From NCBI GenBank assembly GCA_050251875.1, contig JBFWMA010000004.1, forward strand, positions 32,001 through 96,000: a stretch of DNA of 64,000 bases. Reading direction: 5' to 3'. Shown here in pieces: positions 9,113 to 18,623 of the stretch. The notes below the pieces were generated by a model, which did no database searches, had not been told where the DNA came from, and saw nothing but the letters and a program-made list of their open reading frames with translations. Source of the DNA: Deferribacterales bacterium (GTDB taxonomy: Bacteria > Chrysiogenota > Deferribacteres > Deferribacterales > Geovibrionaceae). The stretch's first letter is position 1. Every line of letters begins with the position of its first letter. A program made the position numbers and the translations under genes.

Positions 9113-11032
9113 ATGGGACAGATAGGTAACTTATTTCAGATACTTGGTTTATTTGCGGGTTTTGCCGCGTTCGGCATGTATGCTTATGCCGTTGCAACAC
9201 AGTCAAAAGAGAACGCCAAGCTGGCTGACTGGTTCATGCTGGGTCAGGCTGCGGCGGCGACACTCGCCTCCTGCGTTCTGGTGTATGCTCTCGCCACCGG
9301 ATATTTCAAGATGGAATATGTGGCTCAGTACACCGACCTGAAACTGCCTTTCGTTTATAAGATAAGCGGATGGTGGGCGGGACAGGCAGGCTCTCTGCTT
9401 TTCTGGGGCTGGCTGGTGACAGTGTTTGCGACCATAGAGATTTTCCGGACAAAAAATTATGACACAAAATACAGGTCAGCGGTGCTCGCCACCTCTGCTC
9501 TGACATCAACCTTCTTTCTGATACTGACAATATTCGTGACTAACCCTTTCCACGAGCTGGATTTCTTCCCTCCGGACGGGCTGGGCATGAACCCCCTGCT
9601 TCAGAACCCCGGCATGCTGTATCACCCGCCCACCCTTTTTCTGGGTTATGTGGGATTCACCATCACCGTGGGTCACGCTCTGGCGGCTCTGATGAGCAAA
9701 GACACATCGGCGGCGTGGGCAGTGGATACACGCAAATGGACGATGATTACATGGATTTTCCTTACCATCGGTATAGTTCTCGGCGGCGAATGGGCTTATG
9801 TTGAGCTGGGCTGGGGCGGATACTGGGCATGGGACCCTGTGGAGAACGCCTCTCTGCTTCCGTGGCTCACATCCACCGCTCTTCTGCACTCCGCTTTCAT
9901 GTTCGAGCGCAAAGGCAGGCTGAAAATATGGACACACATGCTGGCGCTCCTGTCGTTCGAACTGTGCCTCTTCGGAACATATATCACCAGAAGCGGTGTG
10001 CTGGATTCTGTGCATACATTCTCCAAATCTCCTCTGGGATATTTCTTCCTCTTTTTCATCGTGCTGACTACAGCGGTATTCATCCGATATATGATGCCTA
10101 TGATGAAAAATCTGGCTGATAAAGATGACGTTAAATTCAACTTTTTCTCCCGTGACGGTCTGTTTTTCCTTTCCAACTGGCTGTTTCTGGGGCTCACCAT
10201 AGTTATTCTGGTGGGAACCATGATGCCTGTTCTCTCCGGAATGGTAATGGCCGACAAGATCACCGTGGGGATACCTTACTATAATAAAGTCTCCGCTCCT
10301 TTCTTCATGCTGCTGCTCCTTGCGGGCGGTCTGGCGCCTCTGATGTCGTTCGGCGGCACAGAGAACAGAAGCGAGCTGATTAAAAAACTGATGCCTTCCA
10401 CCATCGCTATGGTGCTGGCGATGGTATATCTCGCCGCCACAGGCAAGGGACATCCTCTGCCCATGGTGCTGACAGGTTTCACCACCTTCTCTCTGGTTAC
10501 TATCATCACCAGAATAGTCTCATCCGTTAAGGCGGGCGGGGTTAAGGTTCTGGGGAGCAACAGACGCTTCTTCGGCGGTATGATAGTGCATATCGGCGTG
10601 GTAATGGTGGCATACGGCGTTATCGCCTCTTCATTCTACAACCTCCAGAAGGATGTTGTGGTGGCTCCCGGCGAGCAGTTCGAATTTGCCGGATATGACC
10701 TGAAGGTAGGCGATATCACTTTCAGACAGATGCAGAACTATGTTTCCGCATACGCTCCCGTTTCTGTTTATAAAGGCGATACGAAGGTGCTGACACTGGC
10801 TCCCGAAAGACGCTTTTATGAAAAGAACGAGGAGGCTTTCGCCGAGGTGGCTATCAACTCCAAGCTGACAGGCGACCTTTATCTGATCCTCTCCAGCTAC
10901 AGCAAGGCGGAGAACTATGTGGGCATACAGGCGGTTTATCAGCCTTTCATCACATGGATATGGATCGGATGCGTGGTGATGGTTCTGGGCGGTCTTTACG
11001 GAATTTCGGGCAGGACAAAAAAGGATGCCTGA
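9113..11032 (+). CDS. ccmF: Heme lyase CcmF
   Basis: WGGYWAWDPVENASLLPW, HPP, RSGVLDSVHTF. Confidence 0.95.
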   Translation: MGQIGNLFQILGLFAGFAAFGMYAYAVATQSKENAKLADWFMLGQAAAATLASCVLVYALATGYFKMEYVAQYTDLKLPFVYKISGWWAGQAGSLLFWGWLVTVFATIEIFRTKNYDTKYRSAVLATSALTSTFFLILTIFVTNPFHELDFFPPDGLGMNPLLQNPGMLYHPPTLFLGYVGFTITVGHALAALMSKDTSAAWAVDTRKWTMITWIFLTIGIVLGGEWAYVELGWGGYWAWDPVENASLLPWLTSTALLHSAFMFERKGRLKIWTHMLALLSFELCLFGTYITRSGVLDSVHTFSKSPLGYFFLFFIVLTTAVFIRYMMPMMKNLADKDDVKFNFFSRDGLFFLSNWLFLGLTIVILVGTMMPVLSGMVMADKITVGIPYYNKVSAPFFMLLLLAGGLAPLMSFGGTENRSELIKKLMPSTIAMVLAMVYLAATGKGHPLPMVLTGFTTFSLVTIITRIVSSVKAGGVKVLGSNRRFFGGMIVHIGVVMVAYGVIASSFYNLQKDVVVAPGEQFEFAGYDLKVGDITFRQMQNYVSAYAPVSVYKGDTKVLTLAPERRFYEKNEEAFAEVAINSKLTGDLYLILSSYSKAENYVGIQAVYQPFITWIWIGCVVMVLGGLYGISGRTKKDA

Positions 11033-11735
11033 ATCCTTAGTCGAGTTTAAGAACGTAAATAAAAAATACGGACACATCCACGCTTTGAGGGGTGTGTCCG
11101 TCTCCTTTAAAAAGGGTGAGTTCGTCAGCATCTTCGGACCCAACGGTGCCGGCAAATCCACCTTTCTGAAGCTGTTATGCACAATGACAGCGCCCACATC
11201 CGGGCAGATTCTCTATGAATCGGTTCCTCTGAACAAACTTCAGGACAGCTTCCGCAGTAAGTTCGGCGTGATATCCCATCAGCCGTTTCTCTACTCCGAG
11301 CTGACCGCCATGGAGAACCTGCGCTTCTATGCGAAGATGTACAATGTCCCGGACATAGACGAACGCATCAAGGTTCTGCTGGACAAAGTAGAGCTTTATA
11401 AAAGGCGCAATGACAAAGTGAGGGGATATTCCAGAGGTATGCTCCAGAGGCTGTCCATCACCAGAGCGCTGCTGCACGATCCGGACATAGTGGTTCTGGA
11501 CGAGCCCTACACAGGGCTGGACACCCACGCTTCGGACATTCTGACACGGATTCTCACGGAGCTCTTCGGCGAGCACAAAACCATCATAATGGTGACCCAC
11601 AACATGAAGCAGGGCTATGACGCCGCTTCACGTCTGGCTATCATCAAGGGCGGTTCGCTGGTTCTGGACATGAACAAGAGCGACATCAGCATAAATGATT
11701 TCGAGCATAAATACACCGAGGCGGTGAGCAGATGA
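11025..11735 (+). CDS. ccmA: Heme ABC exporter ATPase CcmA
   Basis: GPNGAGKST, YSRGMLQR, LDEPY; position in ccm operon. Confidence 0.88.
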   Translation: MPESLVEFKNVNKKYGHIHALRGVSVSFKKGEFVSIFGPNGAGKSTFLKLLCTMTAPTSGQILYESVPLNKLQDSFRSKFGVISHQPFLYSELTAMENLRFYAKMYNVPDIDERIKVLLDKVELYKRRNDKVRGYSRGMLQRLSITRALLHDPDIVVLDEPYTGLDTHASDILTRILTELFGEHKTIIMVTHNMKQGYDAASRLAIIKGGSLVLDMNKSDISINDFEHKYTEAVSR

Positions 11736-12409
11736 AATATCTAAGCACCGTTTTCGCCATTATAAACAAAGACCTGCTCCACGAGCTGAAGTCCAGAGAG
11801 ATAGTGGTCTCCATGCTTCTGTTCTCCGTGCTGACGGTTGTGGTTTTCAGCTTTATCTTCGAGCCGGGCTCAGAGTTCAAAAACGAGGTGGCGGGGGGCA
11901 TCCTGTGGATGTCGTTCGTTTTCGCCGGGATTCTGGGGCTGAACAAATCCATGATGAGCGAGATAACAGGGGGCAATTTTTCAGCGCTCCTGCTGGCTCC
12001 TGTGGACAGAAGCGCCATCTTCTTCGGCAAGGCGGCGAGCAATTTTCTGTTCATCACCCTTGTGGAGATATTTACCATTCCGCTCTTTATGGTGCTGTAT
12101 AACGTTAATATTTTCGCCAACGGTTTTATGCCCGCTGTCATATTCGTGCTGGGCACATATGGTTTTTCCATTCTGGGCACCCTGTTTTCTATCATTTCGG
12201 TGAACACCAGAACCCGTGAGGTTATGCTTCCTCTTCTTCTTCTGCCTGTGATAGTGCCTGTGATTCTGGCTTCTGTTCAGGCGCTGAACGTTTATATTCT
12301 GGGGCACGATCCGGCGGACGCCGACAAATGGTTGAAGCTGCTTGGCTCATTTGATATTATATTCACAGTCGTTGTTTTCGCTGTGTTCGACTTTATCGTA
12401 GAGGATTGA
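11732..12409 (+). CDS. ccmB: Heme exporter permease CcmB
   Basis: Hydrophobic; KDLLHELKSRE, LPLLLLPVIVPV; operon context. Confidence 0.9.
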   Translation: MKYLSTVFAIINKDLLHELKSREIVVSMLLFSVLTVVVFSFIFEPGSEFKNEVAGGILWMSFVFAGILGLNKSMMSEITGGNFSALLLAPVDRSAIFFGKAASNFLFITLVEIFTIPLFMVLYNVNIFANGFMPAVIFVLGTYGFSILGTLFSIISVNTRTREVMLPLLLLPVIVPVILASVQALNVYILGHDPADADKWLKLLGSFDIIFTVVVFAVFDFIVED

Positions 12410-12410
12410 T

Positions 12411-13073
12411 ATGAAAAATAAAATTTTAGATATCTCGGCGGTGTCTTTCATCGTCATCGCTCTTTATATGGCGCTGGTATGGGCTCCCACAGAAAAAGTC
12501 ATGGGCGCTGTCCAGAGGATATTCTATTTTCATGTGGCGTCAGCGTGGATAGCGTTTTTCGCTTTTTTTATCACGTTTGTGTTCAGCATACTCTTTCTGA
12601 TGAAGCAGGACTACAGATTTGACGACATAGCAGAGAGCTCGGCGGAGATAGGCATCATGTTCTGTACCATAGTGCTCATCACAGGACCCATCTGGGCGAG
12701 ACCCATCTGGGGCGTTTGGTGGACATGGGATCCCAGACTCACCACAACGACTATCCTGTGGTTCATATACGCCGGATACATAATGCTCAGAAAATTTATA
12801 GAAGAGGCTGATAAAAGGGCAAAATTCGCCGCGGCGATAGGCATCATCGGCTTCATAGACGTTCCGATAGTGTTCTTTTCCATCAGATGGTGGAGGACGA
12901 TACACCCCAACGTGGTTCAGAAAGGCGGCGGCGGGCTTCACCCCGACATGCTGAAAGCGATGCTTATGGCGATATTCGCCTTTTCACTGCTCTATCTGGC
13001 TATGATGGTTAAACGTGTGACGATAGCGTCACTCAGCAGAAAAATAGATTCTCTCGGAGAAAATCATGAATAA
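12411..13073 (+). CDS. ccmC: Heme exporter protein CcmC
   Basis: YFHV, WARPIWGVWWTWDPRLT (WWD motif), WWRTIHP. Confidence 0.93.
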   Translation: MKNKILDISAVSFIVIALYMALVWAPTEKVMGAVQRIFYFHVASAWIAFFAFFITFVFSILFLMKQDYRFDDIAESSAEIGIMFCTIVLITGPIWARPIWGVWWTWDPRLTTTTILWFIYAGYIMLRKFIEEADKRAKFAAAIGIIGFIDVPIVFFSIRWWRTIHPNVVQKGGGGLHPDMLKAMLMAIFAFSLLYLAMMVKRVTIASLSRKIDSLGENHE

Positions 13074-13194
13074 TTTCAATTATCTTTTCGCTGGCTATGC
13101 TGTTATTTTTATCCTGCTCGGGGTATATTTCGTAAGCCTCGGTTCCAGGATAAAAAATCTGAAAGACAGAGTGGATACGCTGGAGAATAAATAG
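13066..13194 (+). CDS. ccmD: CcmD-family small membrane protein (42 aa; not in ORF track)
   Basis: MNNFNYLFAGYAVIFILLGVYFVSLGSRIKNLKDRVDTLENK; GGAG RBS, overlaps the ccmC stop; one TM plus charged tail. Confidence 0.8.
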   Translation: MNNFNYLFAGYAVIFILLGVYFVSLGSRIKNLKDRVDTLENK

Positions 13195-14331
13195 TTATCG
13201 TCTCAGCATCAGCCTGCCGGCGACCAGAGCGGACGACATGATGATGCCCAGCACTGTGAGAAAAGCGTTCCAGCCGGATGACTGGTATATCAGCCCCGGC
13301 AGAACAGACCCCAGCGCCCCTCCGGCGTAGTAAAAAGCGACATAGAGTCCGTTTGTGACACCTTTGTGCTTATCCGCTATCTTGTTCACATATCCCGCCG
13401 CTGTGGAATGAGCCATGAACATTCCGGAGCAGAAGACGAACATTCCGAAAAACATCACCCCTATACTGTCAGAGGTAAAGAGCAGAAGCGACCCGGTGAA
13501 AAGAGTCAGTCCGGCGAAAATCGTGTTTTGCTCCGACCGCAGAACCCTGATTATCTTCATGATATTCAGAGCCACCACTATGCCCATAATATATCCCGTA
13601 TACATCACGCCGATGAGCATTTCGCCCGAATCAGGGCTGATCTGGCGCATGCGGAAGGGGATGAAGTTCAGCACGGCGGCAAACATGAAAAACATGAAAA
13701 AAACCATCAGATAAACAGCGGGAAAAATATCCGCGGTGAGAACCTCTTTCGCCGCCTGAGGGTTGATCTTGGTTATGGATGCCTTGTTGGAGGGCAGTCT
13801 GCGCATCAGCAGGGCGGCGGTCAGCAGACTGAATCCCAGTATGAGAAACATCATACGCCAGCCGAAATAATGCGAAAGCAGACCGGAAAAAAACCTGCCG
13901 GAGAACCCGCCGAATATGGTGGAGGATATGTATATGGCAAGATTTTTCTGTATATCGGTTTTGGCGGATGTGTCTGAGATATATGTCATTATTCCGGTCA
14001 GAACGGCGGGCATAGCGCACCCGAGCATAACACGGATGAACACCAGCAGATAGTAGTTATCGGAAAAATAAAACATGAACTGGCATAGGGCGAGCACGCT
14101 GAGCGAGGCAACCAGAACTGTTCTGGCGCATACCGCCTCCAGCAGATATCCGTAAAATATAGGGGCGACTGCCAGCGGGATCATGGACGCCGTGGTGAGC
14201 AGAGACACCTCGGACATGGTGAGCCCGAACTCTCTGGCTATAAGAGGCTGTATCGGCTGCGGGGCGTACAGTGATGAGAAAGTCAGTACAGAGGCGAATG
14301 TTATTATGTATAAAAGCCGCCGGTCGTTCAT
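13195..14331 (-). CDS. MFS transporter (YnfM-like)
   Basis: Multi-TM; LYAPQPIQP, GGFSGRF, GLYVAFYYAGG. Confidence 0.85.
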   Translation of the reverse strand: MNDRRLLYIITFASVLTFSSLYAPQPIQPLIAREFGLTMSEVSLLTTASMIPLAVAPIFYGYLLEAVCARTVLVASLSVLALCQFMFYFSDNYYLLVFIRVMLGCAMPAVLTGIMTYISDTSAKTDIQKNLAIYISSTIFGGFSGRFFSGLLSHYFGWRMMFLILGFSLLTAALLMRRLPSNKASITKINPQAAKEVLTADIFPAVYLMVFFMFFMFAAVLNFIPFRMRQISPDSGEMLIGVMYTGYIMGIVVALNIMKIIRVLRSEQNTIFAGLTLFTGSLLLFTSDSIGVMFFGMFVFCSGMFMAHSTAAGYVNKIADKHKGVTNGLYVAFYYAGGALGSVLPGLIYQSSGWNAFLTVLGIIMSSALVAGRLMLRR

Positions 14332-15395
14332 CAGTATGCTCTGGCGTACTGCAACGGTATTGGAGCGTCATCGCCGAGCTCTCTGGCGGCGTCTATCGCC
14401 CATTGGTGGTTTCTGAGGGACGCTCTGCCTATCATCACAATATCCGCCTGCTGTTTTTTCAGAATCGTTTCCGCCTGATGAGCCTGTGTGATTATGCCCA
14501 CAGCAGACACGGGGATTTCCGCCTCATTCTTTATCTTTGAGGCGAAAGGCACCTGAAATCCGGGAGCGGCAGGTATTTTGGCATTTGGAACAAGCCCGCC
14601 TGTGGAGCAGTCTATGAAATCAGCTCCGGCATTTTTCAGCATCTTTGCCGTTTCCACGGCTTCTTCCGGTGTGTATCCGCCCTCTGCCCAGTCTGTGGCG
14701 GACAAGCGGACGAAGAGGAGATTGGTTTCGTTTATTACAGGTCTGACCGCCGTCATGACTTCATTCAGAAAGCGCATCCTGTTTTCCGGACTTCCGCCGT
14801 ATTCGTCCGGGCGTTTGTTGGAGAGAGGCGACAGGAATTCGTGCAGAAGGTATCCGTGGGCGGCGTGTATCTCTATTATGCGGGCTCCGGCGTTCTGAGC
14901 CCTTATGGCTGATTGTCTGAATTTTTCCACCAGATCTTTTATCTGTTCACGGGTCAGCTCACTGGGTGTCTGGTGTCCATCGGTAAATGCGGCGGCGCTG
15001 GGAGCGTAGATCGGCGACCATCCGTTATTGCCTGAGTCTACAGGTTTTCCGCCTGTCCAGGGGCGGTCTGTGGACGCCTTGCGTCCGGCGTGGGCTAGCT
15101 GTATGCCGGGCAGTGCTCCCTGTGATGATATAAAAGCGAAGATGTCTTTCAGCTTTTCCGCCTGACTGTCGTTCCAGATGCCCAGATCGTATGGGCTGAT
15201 TCTGCCTTCGGGTTCCACCGCTGTGGCTTCGAGTATGACGGCGGCGGCGCCTCCGGCAGCCAGAGAGCCGTAGTGAACCATATGCCAGTCACTTGCCATT
15301 CCGTCCACGGCGGAATACTGGCACATAGGCGGGATTATTATTCTGTTGCGCAGTGTAACGTTGTTAATAGTGAAGGTTGAAAACAGGACAGACAT
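14331..15395 (-). CDS. NADH:flavin oxidoreductase, Old Yellow Enzyme (YqjM/NamA-like)
   Basis: PMCQYSA, IQLAHAGRK, EIHAAHGYLLHEFLSP, DEYGGS; GGAGG RBS before ATG 15395. Confidence 0.92.
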   Translation of the reverse strand: MSVLFSTFTINNVTLRNRIIIPPMCQYSAVDGMASDWHMVHYGSLAAGGAAAVILEATAVEPEGRISPYDLGIWNDSQAEKLKDIFAFISSQGALPGIQLAHAGRKASTDRPWTGGKPVDSGNNGWSPIYAPSAAAFTDGHQTPSELTREQIKDLVEKFRQSAIRAQNAGARIIEIHAAHGYLLHEFLSPLSNKRPDEYGGSPENRMRFLNEVMTAVRPVINETNLLFVRLSATDWAEGGYTPEEAVETAKMLKNAGADFIDCSTGGLVPNAKIPAAPGFQVPFASKIKNEAEIPVSAVGIITQAHQAETILKKQQADIVMIGRASLRNHQWAIDAARELGDDAPIPLQYARAY

Positions 15396-15520
15396 TTGCT
15401 CCTCCAAAACCACAGACAGAGATTAACAATATTGTAAAATATGCCCGTTTCTCAAGCAAAAAATTATGGAATAGCGTTTTTTTGTGAGTTGATATACACT
15501 GGCGTTCATATGAGGTGCTT

Positions 15521-15760
15521 ATGGATATTTATGAAAAACTTCTGAAATCAGCCCTGAAAGCCTCTGATGAACAGGAGCTTCCTGATAATATTTTAGTAAA
15601 GATTAAAAAAATTTACGAAGCCGGAACAGCGGATGAAAAAGCTCTCTCCGCCCTTGTCGAAATGCTTGAGGACTATGAGCCCTTCGCCGATGTCGGCTGC
15701 GGCAACGAGTCCTACAGCACCAAGGACATAGAGACCGCCGTCAACAAGCTCATCGGCTAA
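15521..15760 (+). CDS. Hypothetical protein
   Basis: GAGG RBS, host-like codon usage; 3' 70 bp duplicated downstream. Confidence 0.65.
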   Translation: MDIYEKLLKSALKASDEQELPDNILVKIKKIYEAGTADEKALSALVEMLEDYEPFADVGCGNESYSTKDIETAVNKLIG

Positions 15761-15887
15761 GGCACATGATGTGCCTCACGAGGGAGGCTGATGCGCATGG
15801 CGCTGAAAGCCGTACGGAGTGTGAGTGAAGCATAGGCTTTGCCTTTGCGTAACGGTTGAACAAAAATAACAGGAAGTTATTTTTGTT
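15761..15887 (+). repeat. Second copy of the GGA-loop structured element
   Basis: GGCAC-ATGAT-GTGCC, CGGAGTGTGAGTGAAGC..GCGTAACGGT, AACAAAAATAAC-AGGAA-GTTATTTTTGTT. Confidence 0.7.
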
Positions 15888-15896
15888 TGTGGTTGT

Positions 15897-15966
15897 TGTC
15901 GGGTGCGGCAACGAGTCTTACAGCACCAAGGACATAGAGAACGCCGTCAACAAATTGGCAGGATAA
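15897..15966 (+). pseudogene. Diverged duplicate of the last 70 bp of the upstream gene
   Basis: TGTCGGGTGCGGCAACGAGTCTTACAGCACC...GGATAA versus 15691-15760; same length and both end in TAA. Confidence 0.85.
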
Positions 15967-15970
15967 AGTT

Positions 15971-16043
15971 CCCCTCTTTGTTAAAGAGGGGTTGGGGGAG
16001 ATTTCTTAAGAAATCCCTCCCGTCCTCCCTTTACAAAGGGAGG
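15971..16043. repeat. Inverted doublet of CCCCTCTTT/AAAGAGGGG-type palindromic repeats (third family)
   Basis: CCCCTCTTT-GTT-AAAGAGGGG..GAGATTTC TTAA GAAATC..CCTCCCTTT-AC-AAAGGGAGG. Confidence 0.75.
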
Positions 16044-16103
16044 TGATGATAGAATACTCTATTGTCATAGAGATGAACCTTGCATGCAACATCGCTATCT
16101 CTG

Positions 16104-16295
16104 TCAGAATAATGTGATTGCCTGAAAGCGGCATGCGGGGATACATGCTCCGCATCCGGTGCAGATCTGTTTGTTCACATCCGCTGTCTTGCGGTTTTTT
16201 GTGTCGGTGGACAGGCTGATCGCCCTCACCGGACACTGAGAAACGCAGGCGCCGCACCCTGTGCAGGACGCCTTGTCTATCACCGCCTTAAACAT
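16104..16295 (-). CDS. 2x[4Fe-4S] ferredoxin
   Basis: CTGCGACVSQCP and CTGCGACIPAC. Confidence 0.88.
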   Translation of the reverse strand: MFKAVIDKASCTGCGACVSQCPVRAISLSTDTKNRKTADVNKQICTGCGACIPACRFQAITLF

Positions 16296-16509
16296 TCTCG
16301 CCCCTGTATTTCTTGGTAAGACCGTTCATAAAGCGTCTCATCAGCTGGTCGCCCAGCGCCTGATAGTTTCTGTGGTCTTCCCTGCGGAAGAATGCGGATA
16401 TCTCGGATTTTGTCACGTTTGCTCCGCCCAGAGCGAATATCTCTATGATGTCTGTATCTTTCATTTCCAGAGCGATACGCAGTTTTTTGATTATATCGTT
16501 ATTTCGCAT
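16288..16509 (-). CDS. DUF1456/YehS-like protein, C-terminal half
   Basis: NNDIIKKLRIALEMKD...RREDHRNY..GDQLMRRFMNGL; AGAGGAG RBS. Confidence 0.75.
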   Translation of the reverse strand: MRNNDIIKKLRIALEMKDTDIIEIFALGGANVTKSEISAFFRREDHRNYQALGDQLMRRFMNGLTKKYRGENV

Positions 16510-16729
16510 CGGTTTTGGCTCCTCTCTTATAAGTGATGAAACCATCCAGAAAAGCGTTCAGCAGTTCGTCCGATGTCTCTTTATAGTTTTCGTCATCTTC
16601 TTTTGAAAAGATTACGGGGATGTCCTCCCTCTTTATTTTCATGCCGCCCATATCCCAGATATTCAGCAGTTTATTGTCGTTCAGGTTCATGGCGTAGCGT
16701 ACACGCCTCAGCACATCGTTGTTGTTCAT
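16499..16729 (-). CDS. DUF1456/YehS-like protein, N-terminal half
   Basis: NNDVLRRVRYAM...KEDDENY...LNAFLDGFITYKRG. Confidence 0.75.
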   Translation of the reverse strand: MNNNDVLRRVRYAMNLNDNKLLNIWDMGGMKIKREDIPVIFSKEDDENYKETSDELLNAFLDGFITYKRGAKTDAK

Positions 16730-16740
16730 TTATGTATTCC

Positions 16741-17733
16741 TTATTTTTTTCGGACGCATCTTACACGGTTCAGGTATTCTTTGTCCATCCAATAGTCGCT
16801 TCCATTGAACATATATACCACTCTGGCGTTTTTTCTGTCCTCTTTGGAGCTCCAGTAGGTGTCGTTTGACTGATTACGGAATTTCACCCTCACGGCGGGT
16901 GTTTTCTTCGGATCGGTGATGCTCAGCAGTTCCTTCGCCGTGGGCATGCGCCATCCTATAACTCCGTTCAGGGTGAGGGTGTCGCAGTAGGTCACGGCGT
17001 CTTTCCAGAACATCTCTTTCCTGGCTGCGTCTTCGTTATCCTGCCAGACCAGCCCTGTCGCCGGGTCAACGGTGATGAGTTTAGGCGCCTGTACAATAGG
17101 CACTGGTTTTATCTCTTCCGGCTTTTTGCCCAGCTCGTCCGCCGCCTCTTTCAGTCCCTGCGCCGCCGCCATGCCTATCCATGTGTTGGCGGTCTCCATA
17201 TCTTTTACGGTGCCCAGCCCGTTCTTTATCATCATGCCCAGATTATACTGAGCGTATGCGTATCCCTTGTCCGCTCCGGCGCTGAACCATGATATCGCCG
17301 CTGTGTAGTCGGGTTCTTCGCTCTGCTCATACATGTTTCCCAGAGCGTTCATGGCTTCGGACATGCCCGTCTCCGCGGCACGGGTCAGCCATGTCACAGC
17401 GTCCGGAAAACTCTTTTCTGTGCCTATGCCGTTTTTATACATCAGTCCCAGATTATACATGCCCAGAATGTTTCCGCTGTCCGCCGACATGGTGTACCAT
17501 TTAAAGGCTTCAGCGTCATTTTTTTCTGTTCCGAGCCCCATGCGCAGCATATATCCGGCGTTGTTCATGGCGTCCGGATTTTTGTTTTCAGCGGATTTTA
17601 TATAGCTGTTGAGCGCTTCGGCGTAGTTCTGTCTGACCCCTCTGCCATAGAAGAGGTCATCGCCTCTGTCGTAGTCGGCATCGGCAAAACAGACGGAAGC
17701 CCACAGAAAGAACAGTGTAACAAGAAAACGCAT
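16741..17733 (-). CDS. Exported Sel1-repeat protein with C-terminal DUF1566 (Lcl-like) domain
   Basis: Signal peptide; YNLGLMYKNGIGTEK repeats; VDPATGLVWQ...WRMPTAKEL...VRCVR. Confidence 0.85.
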   Translation of the reverse strand: MRFLVTLFFLWASVCFADADYDRGDDLFYGRGVRQNYAEALNSYIKSAENKNPDAMNNAGYMLRMGLGTEKNDAEAFKWYTMSADSGNILGMYNLGLMYKNGIGTEKSFPDAVTWLTRAAETGMSEAMNALGNMYEQSEEPDYTAAISWFSAGADKGYAYAQYNLGMMIKNGLGTVKDMETANTWIGMAAAQGLKEAADELGKKPEEIKPVPIVQAPKLITVDPATGLVWQDNEDAARKEMFWKDAVTYCDTLTLNGVIGWRMPTAKELLSITDPKKTPAVRVKFRNQSNDTYWSSKEDRKNARVVYMFNGSDYWMDKEYLNRVRCVRKK

Positions 17734-17819
17734 CGGATCCCCTTGAAAAAAGAACTTATTGCTTTAAGACCGCTGTTTCGGTAAATTGACTTATACTATT
17801 ATATCCGAAGTGACGCAAT

Positions 17820-18614
17820 ATGACAGATATATTTAAATTTATCACCGCTTTTGTGCTGGTTTTATGGTGTTCGGTCTCTTTTTCCGGCGTGAGCATCGCC
17901 CCGGATAAAGATATCCGGAAAGAGCCGGCCGGCATAGACGAAAACCTGTCCATGTCCCACGCCGTGCGTTCATCACTCCTGCCCAGGCTGAAGACGGACT
18001 CCTCGCCGTATGAGGCGGAGCTGGCACGTCTGAACAAAAAAGCGGGCGGATATAAAGCGCTGATAAATCAGCTTAATAAAACTATCGCCGAGGCGGAGAC
18101 AGATGTTGAGCGCAGGCTGGTTACCCAGAGGCTCAGATCTGTTCAGGCGGAGGCGTCCGGTGTTTACAGACGTCAGGACGTATATTCTAAAATGGTTTCC
18201 GCTGTGAAAATGGTGAACAGGGACGGTTTTTTCTCCGATAAAGAGGGGGCGCTCAGCAGGCTTAATTCCTTCCTCTCCGTTAACGGAGGCGATGTTAACG
18301 CCGTATATCTGAGAGGTTATGTTCTGTATGATCTGAAAAGATATTCTCAGGCTTCGGCTGATCTCAGAAAAGCCATAGACAGCGGAAAGAACGACAGACA
18401 CACCCTGTATCACATGGCGATGTCTCTGTTTTATCAGGGAAAGTTTTCCGAGGCTCTGGGATATTTCGACAAAACAATAGAGAAGGACAACGGCTATGCC
18501 GTGGCTTATTACTACAGGGGGCTGTCTCAGTTCAGGCTGAACAGGTTTCCGCAGGCGACCAAAGATTACAACGCCGCCGTATTTCTGGATAAGTCACTGG
18601 CAAAACCTTATTAA
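17820..18614 (+). CDS. Exported TPR-repeat protein
   Basis: Signal peptide; C-terminal TPR motifs (YLRG...A, AYYYRGLS). Confidence 0.8.
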   Translation: MTDIFKFITAFVLVLWCSVSFSGVSIAPDKDIRKEPAGIDENLSMSHAVRSSLLPRLKTDSSPYEAELARLNKKAGGYKALINQLNKTIAEAETDVERRLVTQRLRSVQAEASGVYRRQDVYSKMVSAVKMVNRDGFFSDKEGALSRLNSFLSVNGGDVNAVYLRGYVLYDLKRYSQASADLRKAIDSGKNDRHTLYHMAMSLFYQGKFSEALGYFDKTIEKDNGYAVAYYYRGLSQFRLNRFPQATKDYNAAVFLDKSLAKPY

Positions 18615-18623
18615 GGAAAATTC

